64,000 bases of DNA from an uncultured cyanobacterium. GTDB lineage: Bacteria > Cyanobacteriota > Cyanobacteriia > Cyanobacteriales > Nostocaceae. The stretch is from the NCBI GenBank assembly GCA_963740315.1, contig CAVUDP010000004.1:128001-192000 (forward strand), given 5' to 3'. The notes beneath the pieces were generated by a model. That model worked only from the letters and a program-made list of their open reading frames with translations, was not told where the DNA came from and searched no databases. The translations under genes were made by a program, and so were the position numbers. Numbering within the stretch: position 1 is the first letter of the stretch; every line of letters starts with the position of its first letter. This document shows, piece by piece, positions 18,159 to 27,418 of this stretch.

Positions 18159-20735
18159 TCAAATCCAATTCCCAACTAAAATAAAAGGTGCCCAGTAAAA
18201 GGGATGGGTGAAATTTTTGTGTTTTAAAAAGGTTAGTTGAGTTTGACGTAAGGCTTCGGCTTTACTTATTCCCGGTTTGCTCAGTTGTTTGTAAAATTCA
18301 GCCATAAATTGGGCTGTGGATTCGTCTTTTACTGCCCACAATGTAGCTAAAGTGCTGCGTGCGCCGGAACGAACTGCTACACCTGCTAATCCTAAGATGG
18401 CTCGTTTGTCACCTTTTGCTGTCTGACAGGCGCTGAGTACGATTAATTCTACTGGTTCGGATTCAGACACGTCTCGAAAGCGGAGAAATTCGCTTAATTG
18501 TTTGACGTTCATTTTTCCATCCCAGGTAAGTATAAAAGTTTCTTCGGAGTTGCTGCTAAATTGTCCGTGAGTGGCTAAATGTAAGATTGAAAATGGTGTT
18601 GTTTTTATGCTTTTTGCTAAGTTTTTGTCGGTAAAGTTTTCGTTGAAAAGTAATTTTGACTTTACTTGGTTCGATATTTGTTTTACTTCTAATTTTACAC
18701 CGGGTAGGGCTTTGAATCCTTGACGGGCTTCGCTTAATCCTGCTGTAATTGCGTGGAGGTTTTCGCTTTTTAATTTTCGCGCTTGCATTAGCTGCAATCC
18801 CGGTGATAGGGCAACGCTATATTTTTCTATAAGGTATTGTTTGCCATCGTGTAAAGCAGCCATCGGGATGTTTCGCATGGAACCATCTAATACGAATGCT
18901 AAGGTTTTAATATTGTTTGCTGCTAAGTCTATTTCTATTGGTTTAATTAACCATTCGTATGCTTGCTGATATACTTTTAATCTTTCTTGCCCTGAGTAAG
19001 CGGGGTTTAAAGAAAATCGTAATTTCTTGATTGTCTCTTCTATTTTTGATGCGGGTAAATAAGTGTTGTAGTTAGTTAGGGGTTTACCGGGAATTGATGC
19101 AATTACCTCTATTCGGTTATCTAAAATAATCGGGTAAATTACTGCTGCACTCTTGTCGATTCGATCGATTTGTTCTGGTTTTGCATCCAGACAAGCTTCG
19201 CGGAAGAAGTTATCTAATTCGGCTAGTTGCAGTGCTTCGAGGGTTTTGCGGGCAAGTTTTAGATTTTTTTGAGAGATAACGGAATCGGGCTGTAATAATA
19301 AGTCTACGAATTCGCGGTAAACTGGTTCTACACTTTCTTGAAAGTCGAATTGTACGTCTCGGTTGATTGCTACTAAGTCAGTACGCAAAGTGTTGAGAAT
19401 TTTAATTGAGGAATCGTAAGCGGCGATCGCTTCAGTAATTTTTCCTTGAATTTTAAGAATCCGCCCTACTTCCCAAGCTGCTTGATAAGTTATGTCGGAA
19501 GCGTTTATATTTTCGGCTATTCGTAAAGCTTGTCGGGAAAGGTTTAAGGCTTCGCTTAATTGATTTGTTTGTTGGTATAAGCAGCCTAATTGAGTTAAAG
19601 CATATGCTTGAGCGCGTAAATCTTGAAGATTTTCTGCTTGTTTTACCGCACGGGCTAGAATTCTCGCTGCTTGTTGATTTAGTGAAGGTTTAGCGCCCGG
19701 TGCCTGGATTAAAATAGTAAGACTTTTACCAAAGTTGACGCTAGCATAAATCGAGCTACGACTGGGAGAAAGTTTATCTAACTGAGATTGAATTTGTGGT
19801 AATAAATTAAAGGCTTGCTGCCATTGCGACTGCTCGATATATAAACTAAGCTGGTTGAGTCGGGCTTCAACTCTTACTGATGGATTACTTGTTTGTGCTG
19901 CTGCTTGCTGATAGTAATTAAAAGCTGCTTGTGTTTGCTTTAAATCTCTAGCGGTGTTTCCCAAACTAAATAAAATATCGCTGGTATCGAGAGAAAGGCG
20001 TTGAGAAATGGCTAAACTTTGCTTTAACACTTCTTCTGATTTATGTAAATCTCCCACCAGTTGTAAAGCTACTCCCAAACTTTGCAAACCTTGAATCTTT
20101 AATTGAGAATCTGGTTTTGTAAGTAAGTATTGATTTATTGACTCTAACAAATTAAGCGATCGCCGATAAAATCCCATTGCTTGTAATGCTTGGGCTTGGT
20201 TAATTTGAGTACCTATTTTTCCCGGTTTATCATTAAGTTTAGTATAGATATTTTCTGCCGATTTCCAAGCTTCTAGGGCATCGTTTGCTTGCCCCATTTT
20301 AATTTTCAAGCTTCCTTGAGTGTTGAAAGCAACTGCTAAAACTTCAGTATTACCTTTTTGGTTTTTTAGGATTTGCAAACTATTATCGATCGCAGTTTGG
20401 GCTTTTTCTAATTCTCCCAAGTTTTGCAAAGCTAAGGAAACAAGACTTAGACTCCAACCTTGATTAATTTTATCTCCCTGGCGTTCAAAACCAGCAGCAG
20501 CATCTTGCCAAACTTCAGCGGCTTTAGCAAATTGCGCTGCTTCAAACAGGATTTTACCTTGTTCAAATTGCATTTGAGCATTGCTAGCTGCGTTTTTGGC
20601 AATTAAAGAAGTTTGAAATATCGATTTAATGTTCTCCTGCGCCGATACAGGAGAAAATATTGTAATTGATAATGCCGTGGTGATTCCCAGTGCGATTAAA
20701 ATAACTGATTTTAAAAGCTTTTTTTTTATATTCAT
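18159..20735 (-). CDS. TPR + CHAT (caspase HetF-associated) domain protein with signal peptide
   Basis: Hydrophobic N-terminus ending VSA-Q; TPR-like helices; LQLAELDNFFREAC; catalytic HLATHG and LSACQTA; HPFYWAPFILVGNW. Confidence 0.93.
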   Translation of the reverse strand: MNIKKKLLKSVILIALGITTALSITIFSPVSAQENIKSIFQTSLIAKNAASNAQMQFEQGKILFEAAQFAKAAEVWQDAAAGFERQGDKINQGWSLSLVSLALQNLGELEKAQTAIDNSLQILKNQKGNTEVLAVAFNTQGSLKIKMGQANDALEAWKSAENIYTKLNDKPGKIGTQINQAQALQAMGFYRRSLNLLESINQYLLTKPDSQLKIQGLQSLGVALQLVGDLHKSEEVLKQSLAISQRLSLDTSDILFSLGNTARDLKQTQAAFNYYQQAAAQTSNPSVRVEARLNQLSLYIEQSQWQQAFNLLPQIQSQLDKLSPSRSSIYASVNFGKSLTILIQAPGAKPSLNQQAARILARAVKQAENLQDLRAQAYALTQLGCLYQQTNQLSEALNLSRQALRIAENINASDITYQAAWEVGRILKIQGKITEAIAAYDSSIKILNTLRTDLVAINRDVQFDFQESVEPVYREFVDLLLQPDSVISQKNLKLARKTLEALQLAELDNFFREACLDAKPEQIDRIDKSAAVIYPIILDNRIEVIASIPGKPLTNYNTYLPASKIEETIKKLRFSLNPAYSGQERLKVYQQAYEWLIKPIEIDLAANNIKTLAFVLDGSMRNIPMAALHDGKQYLIEKYSVALSPGLQLMQARKLKSENLHAITAGLSEARQGFKALPGVKLEVKQISNQVKSKLLFNENFTDKNLAKSIKTTPFSILHLATHGQFSSNSEETFILTWDGKMNVKQLSEFLRFRDVSESEPVELIVLSACQTAKGDKRAILGLAGVAVRSGARSTLATLWAVKDESTAQFMAEFYKQLSKPGISKAEALRQTQLTFLKHKNFTHPFYWAPFILVGNWI

Positions 20736-21182
20736 TCCTTTCTATATATATATATTTATGACTATCGGCAAGGCTGAAAATCTTTTATATAAATAGCTTG
20801 CGTCACTAGCATAACCTCACCTTAGCGATTATTCATTTAGTAAAGTTGATGAAACTATTGAAAACAAACGATAAGCAATATAAAATCAGTAATTCTTCTT
20901 AATTTTGCGGTTTTTTAATTTAATTGTTGCGCGATCGTACTTGATAATTAAAAATCACAGCAAGATTTTGATATAACAGCGCAAGAATCGGGCTTTAGTT
21001 TCAACGGTAATTTTCTTAAATTGGATTTAACAAACGAAACAACCCAGAAACAACCAAGATAACACCGTTAAACAAGCGGTTTTGGAGGTTGCAAATTGTT
21101 TACAATCAACACGATAGATTTTCTTGAGTTCTACATACATCTCTTCTCAAGAATATAGACATATAAGGAATCAACTTTAATC

Positions 21183-22064
21183 ATGACTAATCGTCGCCGA
21201 ATTTTAACTGGCTTAGGAGCCGCAGGTATCGCAGCAGGGTCAATTTATACAAAAAGCGTTGCAAATGCCGATGATAAACCCGTTACGCCACAATCTAACA
21301 AAGTAAATCCACAAGCTCGGTTTGCGAACAAAGTAGTTTTAATTACCGGAGCAACCTCCGGCATAGGTAAAGTAACAGCCGCTTCCTTTGCCCAACAGGG
21401 CGCGAAAGTCTTTTTCTGCGGTCGTCGTGAGAATTTGGGAAAGCAGGTAGAGCAACAAATCCGCGCCTCTGGTGGAGAAGCAACCTATATGCGTGCAGAC
21501 GTTCGCAAAGCCGCAGAAGTAAAAGCTTTTGTCGATGGTTGCGTTGCTAAATATGGTCGTTTGGATATTGCTTTTAACAATGCTGGAGTTGATTATCCAC
21601 CGCAAGCGATCGCCGACACAAAAATTGAAGAATTCGACGATTTGATCAATACCAACGCTCGCGGTGTTTTTCTGGGAATGAAATACGAAATTCCCTATAT
21701 GCTCAAAGCCGGAAGCGGTGCAATAATCAACATGGCAAGCATCGGCGGTAAGCGTGCTTTTCCTAACATCGTTGGTTATGGAGCCAGTAAAGCCGCAGTG
21801 ATTCACATGACTAAAATGGCGGCTCAAGAATATGGTAAAAATATTCGTATTAATGCCGTACTGCCTGGGGCTATTGATACTCCCATGCTCGATCGCGTCA
21901 AGCAACAATGGGAAGTTACTGAGGAAGAACTTGTTTCATCCTATCCTATGAAACGTGCCGGACAACCTGAAGAAGTTGCAAATTTGGTGATGTGGTTGGC
22001 TTCTAATCATGCTTCTTATGTTTCTGGGGGTGAGTTTAGCGTTGATGGGGGTGGGCTTGGTTGA
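21183..22064 (+). CDS. SDR family oxidoreductase with twin-arginine-like leader
   Basis: TGATSGIG, FNNAG, YGASK, NAVLPG.IDTPM; N-terminus MTNRRRILTGLGAAGIAAG...ANA. Confidence 0.9.
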   Translation: MTNRRRILTGLGAAGIAAGSIYTKSVANADDKPVTPQSNKVNPQARFANKVVLITGATSGIGKVTAASFAQQGAKVFFCGRRENLGKQVEQQIRASGGEATYMRADVRKAAEVKAFVDGCVAKYGRLDIAFNNAGVDYPPQAIADTKIEEFDDLINTNARGVFLGMKYEIPYMLKAGSGAIINMASIGGKRAFPNIVGYGASKAAVIHMTKMAAQEYGKNIRINAVLPGAIDTPMLDRVKQQWEVTEEELVSSYPMKRAGQPEEVANLVMWLASNHASYVSGGEFSVDGGGLG

Positions 22065-22103
22065 TATTAGGTAAAGTTAGATTTTCAGCTTGCAGTTTTA
22101 CAA

Positions 22104-22358
22104 CTAATTTAGGAGTTTGTCATACTCTGCATGAGAACCAATCCAGAACCATAAGATACCATTTTCACTTTCAACTCCCAAAGCTCGATAATCTAACCCA
22201 GCTCGAACTGACCAGTACTTCTTCCCAATCTTTTTAAAATGTAACGATGGGTGAGACGGATCTTGTTTAAGTAATTCATAGCACTCATCAGCATTCTTTT
22301 GTACGCTTTCAGGTAAAGCGTCATAACATTTCCAAAAACGACGTATAGTGTAGTGCAT
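22104..22358 (-). CDS. RelE/ParE-superfamily toxin-like protein
   Basis: FWKCYDALPESVQ..A...YELLKQDPSHPSLHFKK...WSVRAGLDYRALG...WFWIGSHAEYDKL. Confidence 0.85.
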   Translation of the reverse strand: MHYTIRRFWKCYDALPESVQKNADECYELLKQDPSHPSLHFKKIGKKYWSVRAGLDYRALGVESENGILWFWIGSHAEYDKLLN

Positions 22359-22558
22359 TACATTTGTCGATAGTGCCCAGCTTCAAAATCAGCAATGGCT
22401 TCCTCTGCTAAAGCTTCCAACTTTCCTTGTGCAACATCTTTTTCTAACCGATCATCCCAACGTTGATAATCCAAATCAAAAAACCACTGCCTAAAACGCT
22501 GAAATTCATCTGACGAAAGTGTAAGTATTGCTGCTTCAATTTGCTCAAGATTTGACAT
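22358..22558 (-). CDS. Cognate antitoxin-like protein
   Basis: 66 aa acidic, 1-nt overlap with the toxin; WD..LEKD...GKL..LAEEAIAD. Confidence 0.8.
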   Translation of the reverse strand: MSNLEQIEAAILTLSSDEFQRFRQWFFDLDYQRWDDRLEKDVAQGKLEALAEEAIADFEAGHYRQM

Positions 22559-22624
22559 ATTAATTTACCTCTTCAGCTTAAACAAAATTATAGCGAAGGC
22601 AAAGCGCGGGTGAACGATCGCAGC

Positions 22625-22847
22625 AACAACTTGGTTTCTAGATTTAATTTCTGAATTTTACCTGCGCTCCGGTTCTGCCATTGCCTCGACTGCAAGTTTA
22701 GCCAATAGTTCGGGGGAACGAGCAAATGACTCATCCCATTTACGTTCATCTTCGAGTTCTTCTAAAATCATTTTTGCGATCGCATTTTGTTCATAGAGTG
22801 GAAAGAGATTTTAACTTGGCGATCGCCTGTTGGAGTAATTCGGTCAT
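22625..22847 (-). pseudogene. Frameshifted antitoxin-like gene
   Basis: MTELLQQAIAKLKSLST(L*), frameshift to EQNAIAKMILEELEDERKWDESFARSPELLAKLAVEAMAE, second shift to AGKIQKLNLET; resembles the adjacent antitoxin's WD...LA.EA.A motif. Confidence 0.7.
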
Positions 22848-22915
22848 TATCAGTCTGCTGCTACTTGCATGACTCCATGTAAATTATCGCCGATCAAACT
22901 TGGGAGCGTCATTCA

Positions 22916-23122
22916 TTAGGCTTGATTCCGCTCGGATTCCAGAAGTTGAGCCAGTTTATGAGCAGCTTCGTGATTGAGGGGTGAGGAAATTAGATAAGTT
23001 GCTCCCGGTTGTAAACTTGGTTCCGAATCAGAAGCCAGTTCTGCAATTAAAAACTGCATGACCTTTAATTTATCTACACGAGGTAATTTTTTCAAAGTTG
23101 GGAATAGCTCTGTTAGGGTCAT
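22916..23122 (-). CDS. Small hypothetical protein (antitoxin-like)
   Basis: 68 aa, MTLTELFPTLKKLPRVDKLKVMQFLIAELA... typical of small cyanobacterial TA-associated ORFs. Confidence 0.65.
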   Translation of the reverse strand: MTLTELFPTLKKLPRVDKLKVMQFLIAELASDSEPSLQPGATYLISSPLNHEAAHKLAQLLESERNQA

Positions 23123-23467
23123 AAATTTGAAATTAATTCTGCTTTACTTATATTCCCATAAATTTCTGAAATCAAGATATGGGAAAAAGACTTATTGTGA
23201 AGCTTTACAAACTCCTGTGGTGTAACACGTCTGTAAGTAGCTGTGATGCTCATATTATTCTCAAAAAACTAAATACAAGTAGTCTACATTGACTTTTTGC
23301 ATAATTATCAACACCGCTTGAGGTTGCAAACCCCAAGCTAATAGCGAAAGTCCTATAAATAGGACTATATATCATTTTTATCCCATCAAAACTATATCTT
23401 TTAGCAAATTCATAAACTTTGTTAACGTTGAATTTATAAGAATAATTTGTTATCAATTAACCTCTTC

Positions 23468-23974
23468 TCAATCTTCCAACATTAAATACATCAATTCAGC
23501 TTTATCTCTCACATATTGACTAGAATGATTTCTTGCTTTATCTAATATCTCAACAACATCTTCATCATCACAAAGATGAGAAAAAAGTAGTTGATCTATT
23601 ATTCCAATTCCCCAATTTTGAATACCGGGATTTTCATGTTCCAAAAATTCGGGAACCCATTTCAATACACGTTTATCTGCAACAACACGAAGTAATTCAA
23701 TAGCATCGATTTTTTCATCTAAATTGTTAGATTCTTTGAAAATTCTATAGCATTCTTCCATTGCGCTATAAGGATGTAATTGCCAAAGCACACTTCTAAG
23801 TAATTCCCTTTCTGGTTTATGTGCTACGTAATATCTAACAGCTTCTTTTAAATTGTCTTTTCCAAGAAGAATTTCTATTGCTTCGCGAGCCATTTGACTA
23901 GAACTAAATTCGTAACCATCTTCACCTATAGCTCCTACTTCTTTAGCAATATTTACCCAATTATCTAAATCCAT
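23468..23974 (-). CDS. Hypothetical acidic alpha-helical (HEAT-like) protein
   Basis: 168 aa from ATG 23974. The longer ORF start reads through a 21-nt insertion element. Confidence 0.65.
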   Translation of the reverse strand: MDLDNWVNIAKEVGAIGEDGYEFSSSQMAREAIEILLGKDNLKEAVRYYVAHKPERELLRSVLWQLHPYSAMEECYRIFKESNNLDEKIDAIELLRVVADKRVLKWVPEFLEHENPGIQNWGIGIIDQLLFSHLCDDEDVVEILDKARNHSSQYVRDKAELMYLMLED

Positions 23975-24205
23975 TTTGCAATCTTGAATTTTATAGCTAT
24001 TACTTTTAAATATTTCCCAATCACAGCAATAATTTAAAGGTAAAAAAGCTGAAATGACTGGGATGAGCCGCACCCTCCGGGTGAATGCAACCGAATACCT
24101 CGTCGGAATGAAAAACACAACTATATTTATTCATGCCGACTTACTTACCTATTACCAATTACCAATTACCATTCACGCGGAGCGTGCGGGCGTATCCCAA
24201 TTCCC

Positions 24206-24646
24206 TTATTTTCCACAATGTTTCATCAGCAGATTTTTCGCTAATTCAAAACTATTAGATTGAGTTTGTACAGCATAAGCTTCTCTTTCCAAATCTTGTC
24301 TATGAGTATCTTTATATCGTAGAAAAAGCCGTCGAGCATTGGCAATTGGTTGAATTTTCAAACCCAAAGCTCTGATTTTTCCTTTACCCGCACAAACTTG
24401 GGCTGCGTGAACGGATTCATGAATTAAAGTTGGAGTTGCAATGTTTAATTCAAAAACTACTGGATTAATCCATATTTTTTTATTACTTTCCTTTAACAAA
24501 CCATAAGCTCCCCGCTTGGGTGGTAATTCAATCGCTACCTGAAAACCATATTTTTCTAATTGACTTTTTAAATCTAAAAATTGTTGTGATGGAGCCGGTG
24601 TTTGAGCAATTAATAATGAAGAATAAAGAACCGCAATTTCTAACAT
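24206..24646 (-). CDS. Hypothetical exported protein with HExxH zincin-like motif
   Basis: LIHESVHAAQ and downstream LEREAY; short hydrophobic N-terminus. Confidence 0.7.
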   Translation of the reverse strand: MLEIAVLYSSLLIAQTPAPSQQFLDLKSQLEKYGFQVAIELPPKRGAYGLLKESNKKIWINPVVFELNIATPTLIHESVHAAQVCAGKGKIRALGLKIQPIANARRLFLRYKDTHRQDLEREAYAVQTQSNSFELAKNLLMKHCGK

Positions 24647-24915
24647 TGTATAAGGTTTAATTTTTACTCAGTATATTAACACTAATAAATCAAAATATGA
24701 ATTGGCAATTTCACATTATATGAGACGTAGCACTGCTACGTCTCTACACAAATTTTGCACTTGCTGTTCGCTTATAAGTAAAGGCTAACCGCTTTAAAAA
24801 AAGCAATTAGCCGTGGCACCAGGAAACTTTAAAATTTTAATATAATAGATATAGCTCAAACTCTTGTGGAGTAAGCGTTATATCCGCTCAAATAATACTG
24901 TCTAATACGTGCAAT

Positions 24916-25332
24916 TCAACAGGAATTATCTATACGTTGAGACTGGTATCTACCTTTTATATTCTGATTAAAATATCTACCTACAGCCTCGGATGCATAT
25001 AAATCCTCCCAGGTATCCTCATCTATATCCGAGAATTGATATACCGCACCGCTATTAAACTCTATTTGCAACACCTCATTTTCAGAATCGTATCCAATAG
25101 CACTTGCCATTGGTGATGCTACTGGTAACATGCCAAACGTTTCTTCCTCCTCTAGCAGCGGTGGAGGTTCAGCAATTAATTCATTTAAATCCTGCAATCC
25201 CTCATAAGCCTGTATTGGTGCTGGTATCTCCAAAAACTCTAACTCGTCTCCCCTGTCGAGCAATAACTGTAAATATCCATCAGAATGAGACACACCTAAT
25301 AAGTTACTTAAATCAACCTTGCTAAACTTCAT
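24916..25332 (-). CDS. KTSC domain protein
   Basis: PV.S.MA.AIGYD.ENEVLQIEFNSGAVYQF.DI....WEDL..S.AVGRYFNQNIKGRY. Confidence 0.9.
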   Translation of the reverse strand: MKFSKVDLSNLLGVSHSDGYLQLLLDRGDELEFLEIPAPIQAYEGLQDLNELIAEPPPLLEEEETFGMLPVASPMASAIGYDSENEVLQIEFNSGAVYQFSDIDEDTWEDLYASEAVGRYFNQNIKGRYQSQRIDNSC

Positions 25333-25412
25333 AAATTCTGCTCTCCTATTAACAGAGGTAAGTGGAATCTCTCAATCCCAACCGCTAAATTTATATCTAA
25401 AACCGAACTCTT

Positions 25413-25426
25413 AGTACATTAGTACC
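25413..25426. promoter_or_regulatory. Cyanobacterial LexA (SOS) box
   Basis: AGTACATTAGTACC matches RGTAC-NNND-GTWCB, about 80 bp upstream of the KTSC start. Confidence 0.65.
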
Positions 25427-25599
25427 ATATAATTATTTTGAAGTCAACAGCGATCGGTTAAGAATTGGGGATAGGGCGTTGGGGATGATAAATAGTTAGG
25501 AATTTAACTACTATTTTCTAGAAGATTACCGATTAAAAAACCTTACTAGACGCAGAGAGCGCAGAGGAAAGATGTAAAGAGAGATAGGTAATTATAGAG

Positions 25600-25860
25600 C
25601 GGGTTTAGATTGATTTGGGTAGGGTTGGGGTTTTAATTGATTTGGGTAGGGCTGGGGTTTCGTTAATTTAGGTAGGGTTGGGGTTTAGATTGATTTGGGT
25701 AGGGTTGGGATTTTGATTAATTTGGGTAGGGTTGGGATTTTGATTAATTTGGGTAGGGTTGGGATTTTGATTAATTTGGGTAGGGTTGGGATTTAGATTG
25801 ATTTGGGTAGGGTTGGGATTTTGATTGATTTGGGTAGTGGGAGCATCTTGCTCCCACTAC
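25600..25860. repeat. About 8.5 copies of a G-rich 27-bp tandem repeat ending in a REP palindrome
   Basis: Unit about TT(G/A)ATTTGGGTAGGGTTGGGATTTTGA, running into GTAGTGGGAGCATCTTGCTCCCACTAC. Confidence 0.9.
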
Positions 25861-25897
25861 AGATGGTTTTATAACTCCTTGTCTCCTTGTCTTCTCT

Positions 25898-26044
25898 CCC
25901 CATCACCCCATCTCCCCATCACCCCATCTCCCCATCACCCCATCACCCCATCTCCCCATCACCCCATCTCCCCATCTCCCCATCACCCCATCCCCCCATC
26001 ACCCCATCACCCCATCCCCCCATCACCCCATCACCCCATCACCC
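25898..26044. repeat. STRR octamer array CCCCATC(A/T/C)
   Basis: Directly visible tandem units. Confidence 0.95.
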
Positions 26045-26581
26045 TCACACCGATCGCAAGCACGGACATTTCTGCAAATACCCATCTGCCTTACGTTGTG
26101 CGTCTGGATTATCTACATTTGCTGGAGTTGCACGAACAATACCATTAAATAAATCATCTAATCCATAAGGTGTAAAAAATTCCCATTCTCCTCGATCGCT
26201 TAAACGCACGCCTATCGCTGCTGTGGTGTGCAGCCAGTTTTTGATCCCGTCTTCGGTGCTAGTGTAAGTTTTACTACCGGAGCGCCATCGAGCAAAGCTA
26301 GCTTGATTTTTTATATCAAATAGATAATCTGGAAATATATTATTTAAAGCTGTTTTCGCGGCTAATTCTTGATTGCGATCGCCAGTTTCGTCAAAAAAAG
26401 CAATATCGAAGTCATTGATAAACAGTTGGCAGTTTTCGCCAAAAATCGCACGCCAAACTGTATTTCGCAAAGCACCCCCAGCTAACCACCAATCGGGAAG
26501 GTTGAGTTGAGATATAGCTGGTAATACAGCACCAACTGTGGAATTACTCAGAATATTTTGTAGGCGATCGATACCGTTCAT
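26045..26581 (-). CDS. Nucleotidyltransferase family protein (DUF925/NTP_transf_6)
   Basis: WLAGGALRNTVW, DFDIAFFD, KNQA, TPYGLDDLF. Confidence 0.85.
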   Translation of the reverse strand: MNGIDRLQNILSNSTVGAVLPAISQLNLPDWWLAGGALRNTVWRAIFGENCQLFINDFDIAFFDETGDRNQELAAKTALNNIFPDYLFDIKNQASFARWRSGSKTYTSTEDGIKNWLHTTAAIGVRLSDRGEWEFFTPYGLDDLFNGIVRATPANVDNPDAQRKADGYLQKCPCLRSV

Positions 26582-26710
26582 TATAAGTATAAATCTGATT
26601 CGTATTTAATTGTCAGAGTATATCAGTTATGTGACTAACAGCAAAAGCAAAAGACGTTGCAGTGTGCACGCCGTCTCTACATTTATTGTTTATATAAAAT
26701 AAATAGTTTA

Positions 26711-27046
26711 CTAAACTAAACGAAAGATGAATGGATAGCGGTAGGGTTCGTCTGGTGAGTCTAAAACTTTTACAAGGGCAATAATTGGCATCACAATACT
26801 GATTAAAACTAAAATTGGTAAAATTATAAAACCGATCAGAACTACAGTCAGCATTGTGGCGACTAATCCATAGATGAAAAGGTTAATGCAAAAATTTATG
26901 GATTCTCTAGCATTAGCCTTTACAATTGAATCTTCTGTGGTAAATAAAATTACAAGCGGTATGGCAATAGATACAATCATAGAGCTAAAAAATATCGATC
27001 CATGACACAGCGCTGACAATAGTTTACGTTGTTCTATATTTTCCAT
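26711..27046 (-). CDS. DUF4870 membrane protein
   Basis: LSALCH, IPLVIL, VKANARESINF, YRYPFIFR. Confidence 0.85.
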   Translation of the reverse strand: MENIEQRKLLSALCHGSIFFSSMIVSIAIPLVILFTTEDSIVKANARESINFCINLFIYGLVATMLTVVLIGFIILPILVLISIVMPIIALVKVLDSPDEPYRYPFIFRLV

Positions 27047-27418
27047 ATGACAAGTTCTTACTAAAATTACTATATACTTCTACAATAATAATCCTACTAA
27101 TTTCGGATGTCATTTAAGTTAAAAATATTGCTTTAGCTGTATAAATTTTGTTTAAGAGCTACATATAATTACGGTAGTAAAATTTAATTTATTTGATTAA
27201 TAATTCAAGCTTTGAATTTATTAGTTTTTTATTTTAAATGAATTAAGAGTTGAAGTTAAAAGTTACAAGTTTAAACATCAAAGACTCTCATAATTGATTC
27301 AGAAAATATTGTTCCTCATTCAATCGCAAAATATTTTATTATCGCGGAAACAAGTAAACTTAATATTCCTAACTCTTAACTTCTAACTCTTAACTCTTAA
27401 CTTTTCTATTTTCTTGCC

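Noticed and set aside
23250..23456. 68-aa ORF
   Set aside because: May be a gene fragment but has no recognisable family; not called as CDS.
25600..25860. Possible CRISPR array
   Set aside because: Units are contiguous with no unique spacers, and no cas genes are in the window.
25825..26168. Pro/His-rich ORFs (107 and 93 aa)
   Set aside because: Read-through of the CCCCATCA array.
26045..26581. DUF925 nucleotidyltransferase as part of the RNA-repair system
   Set aside because: About 5 kb from pnkp with unrelated, oppositely oriented genes between; no linkage evidence.
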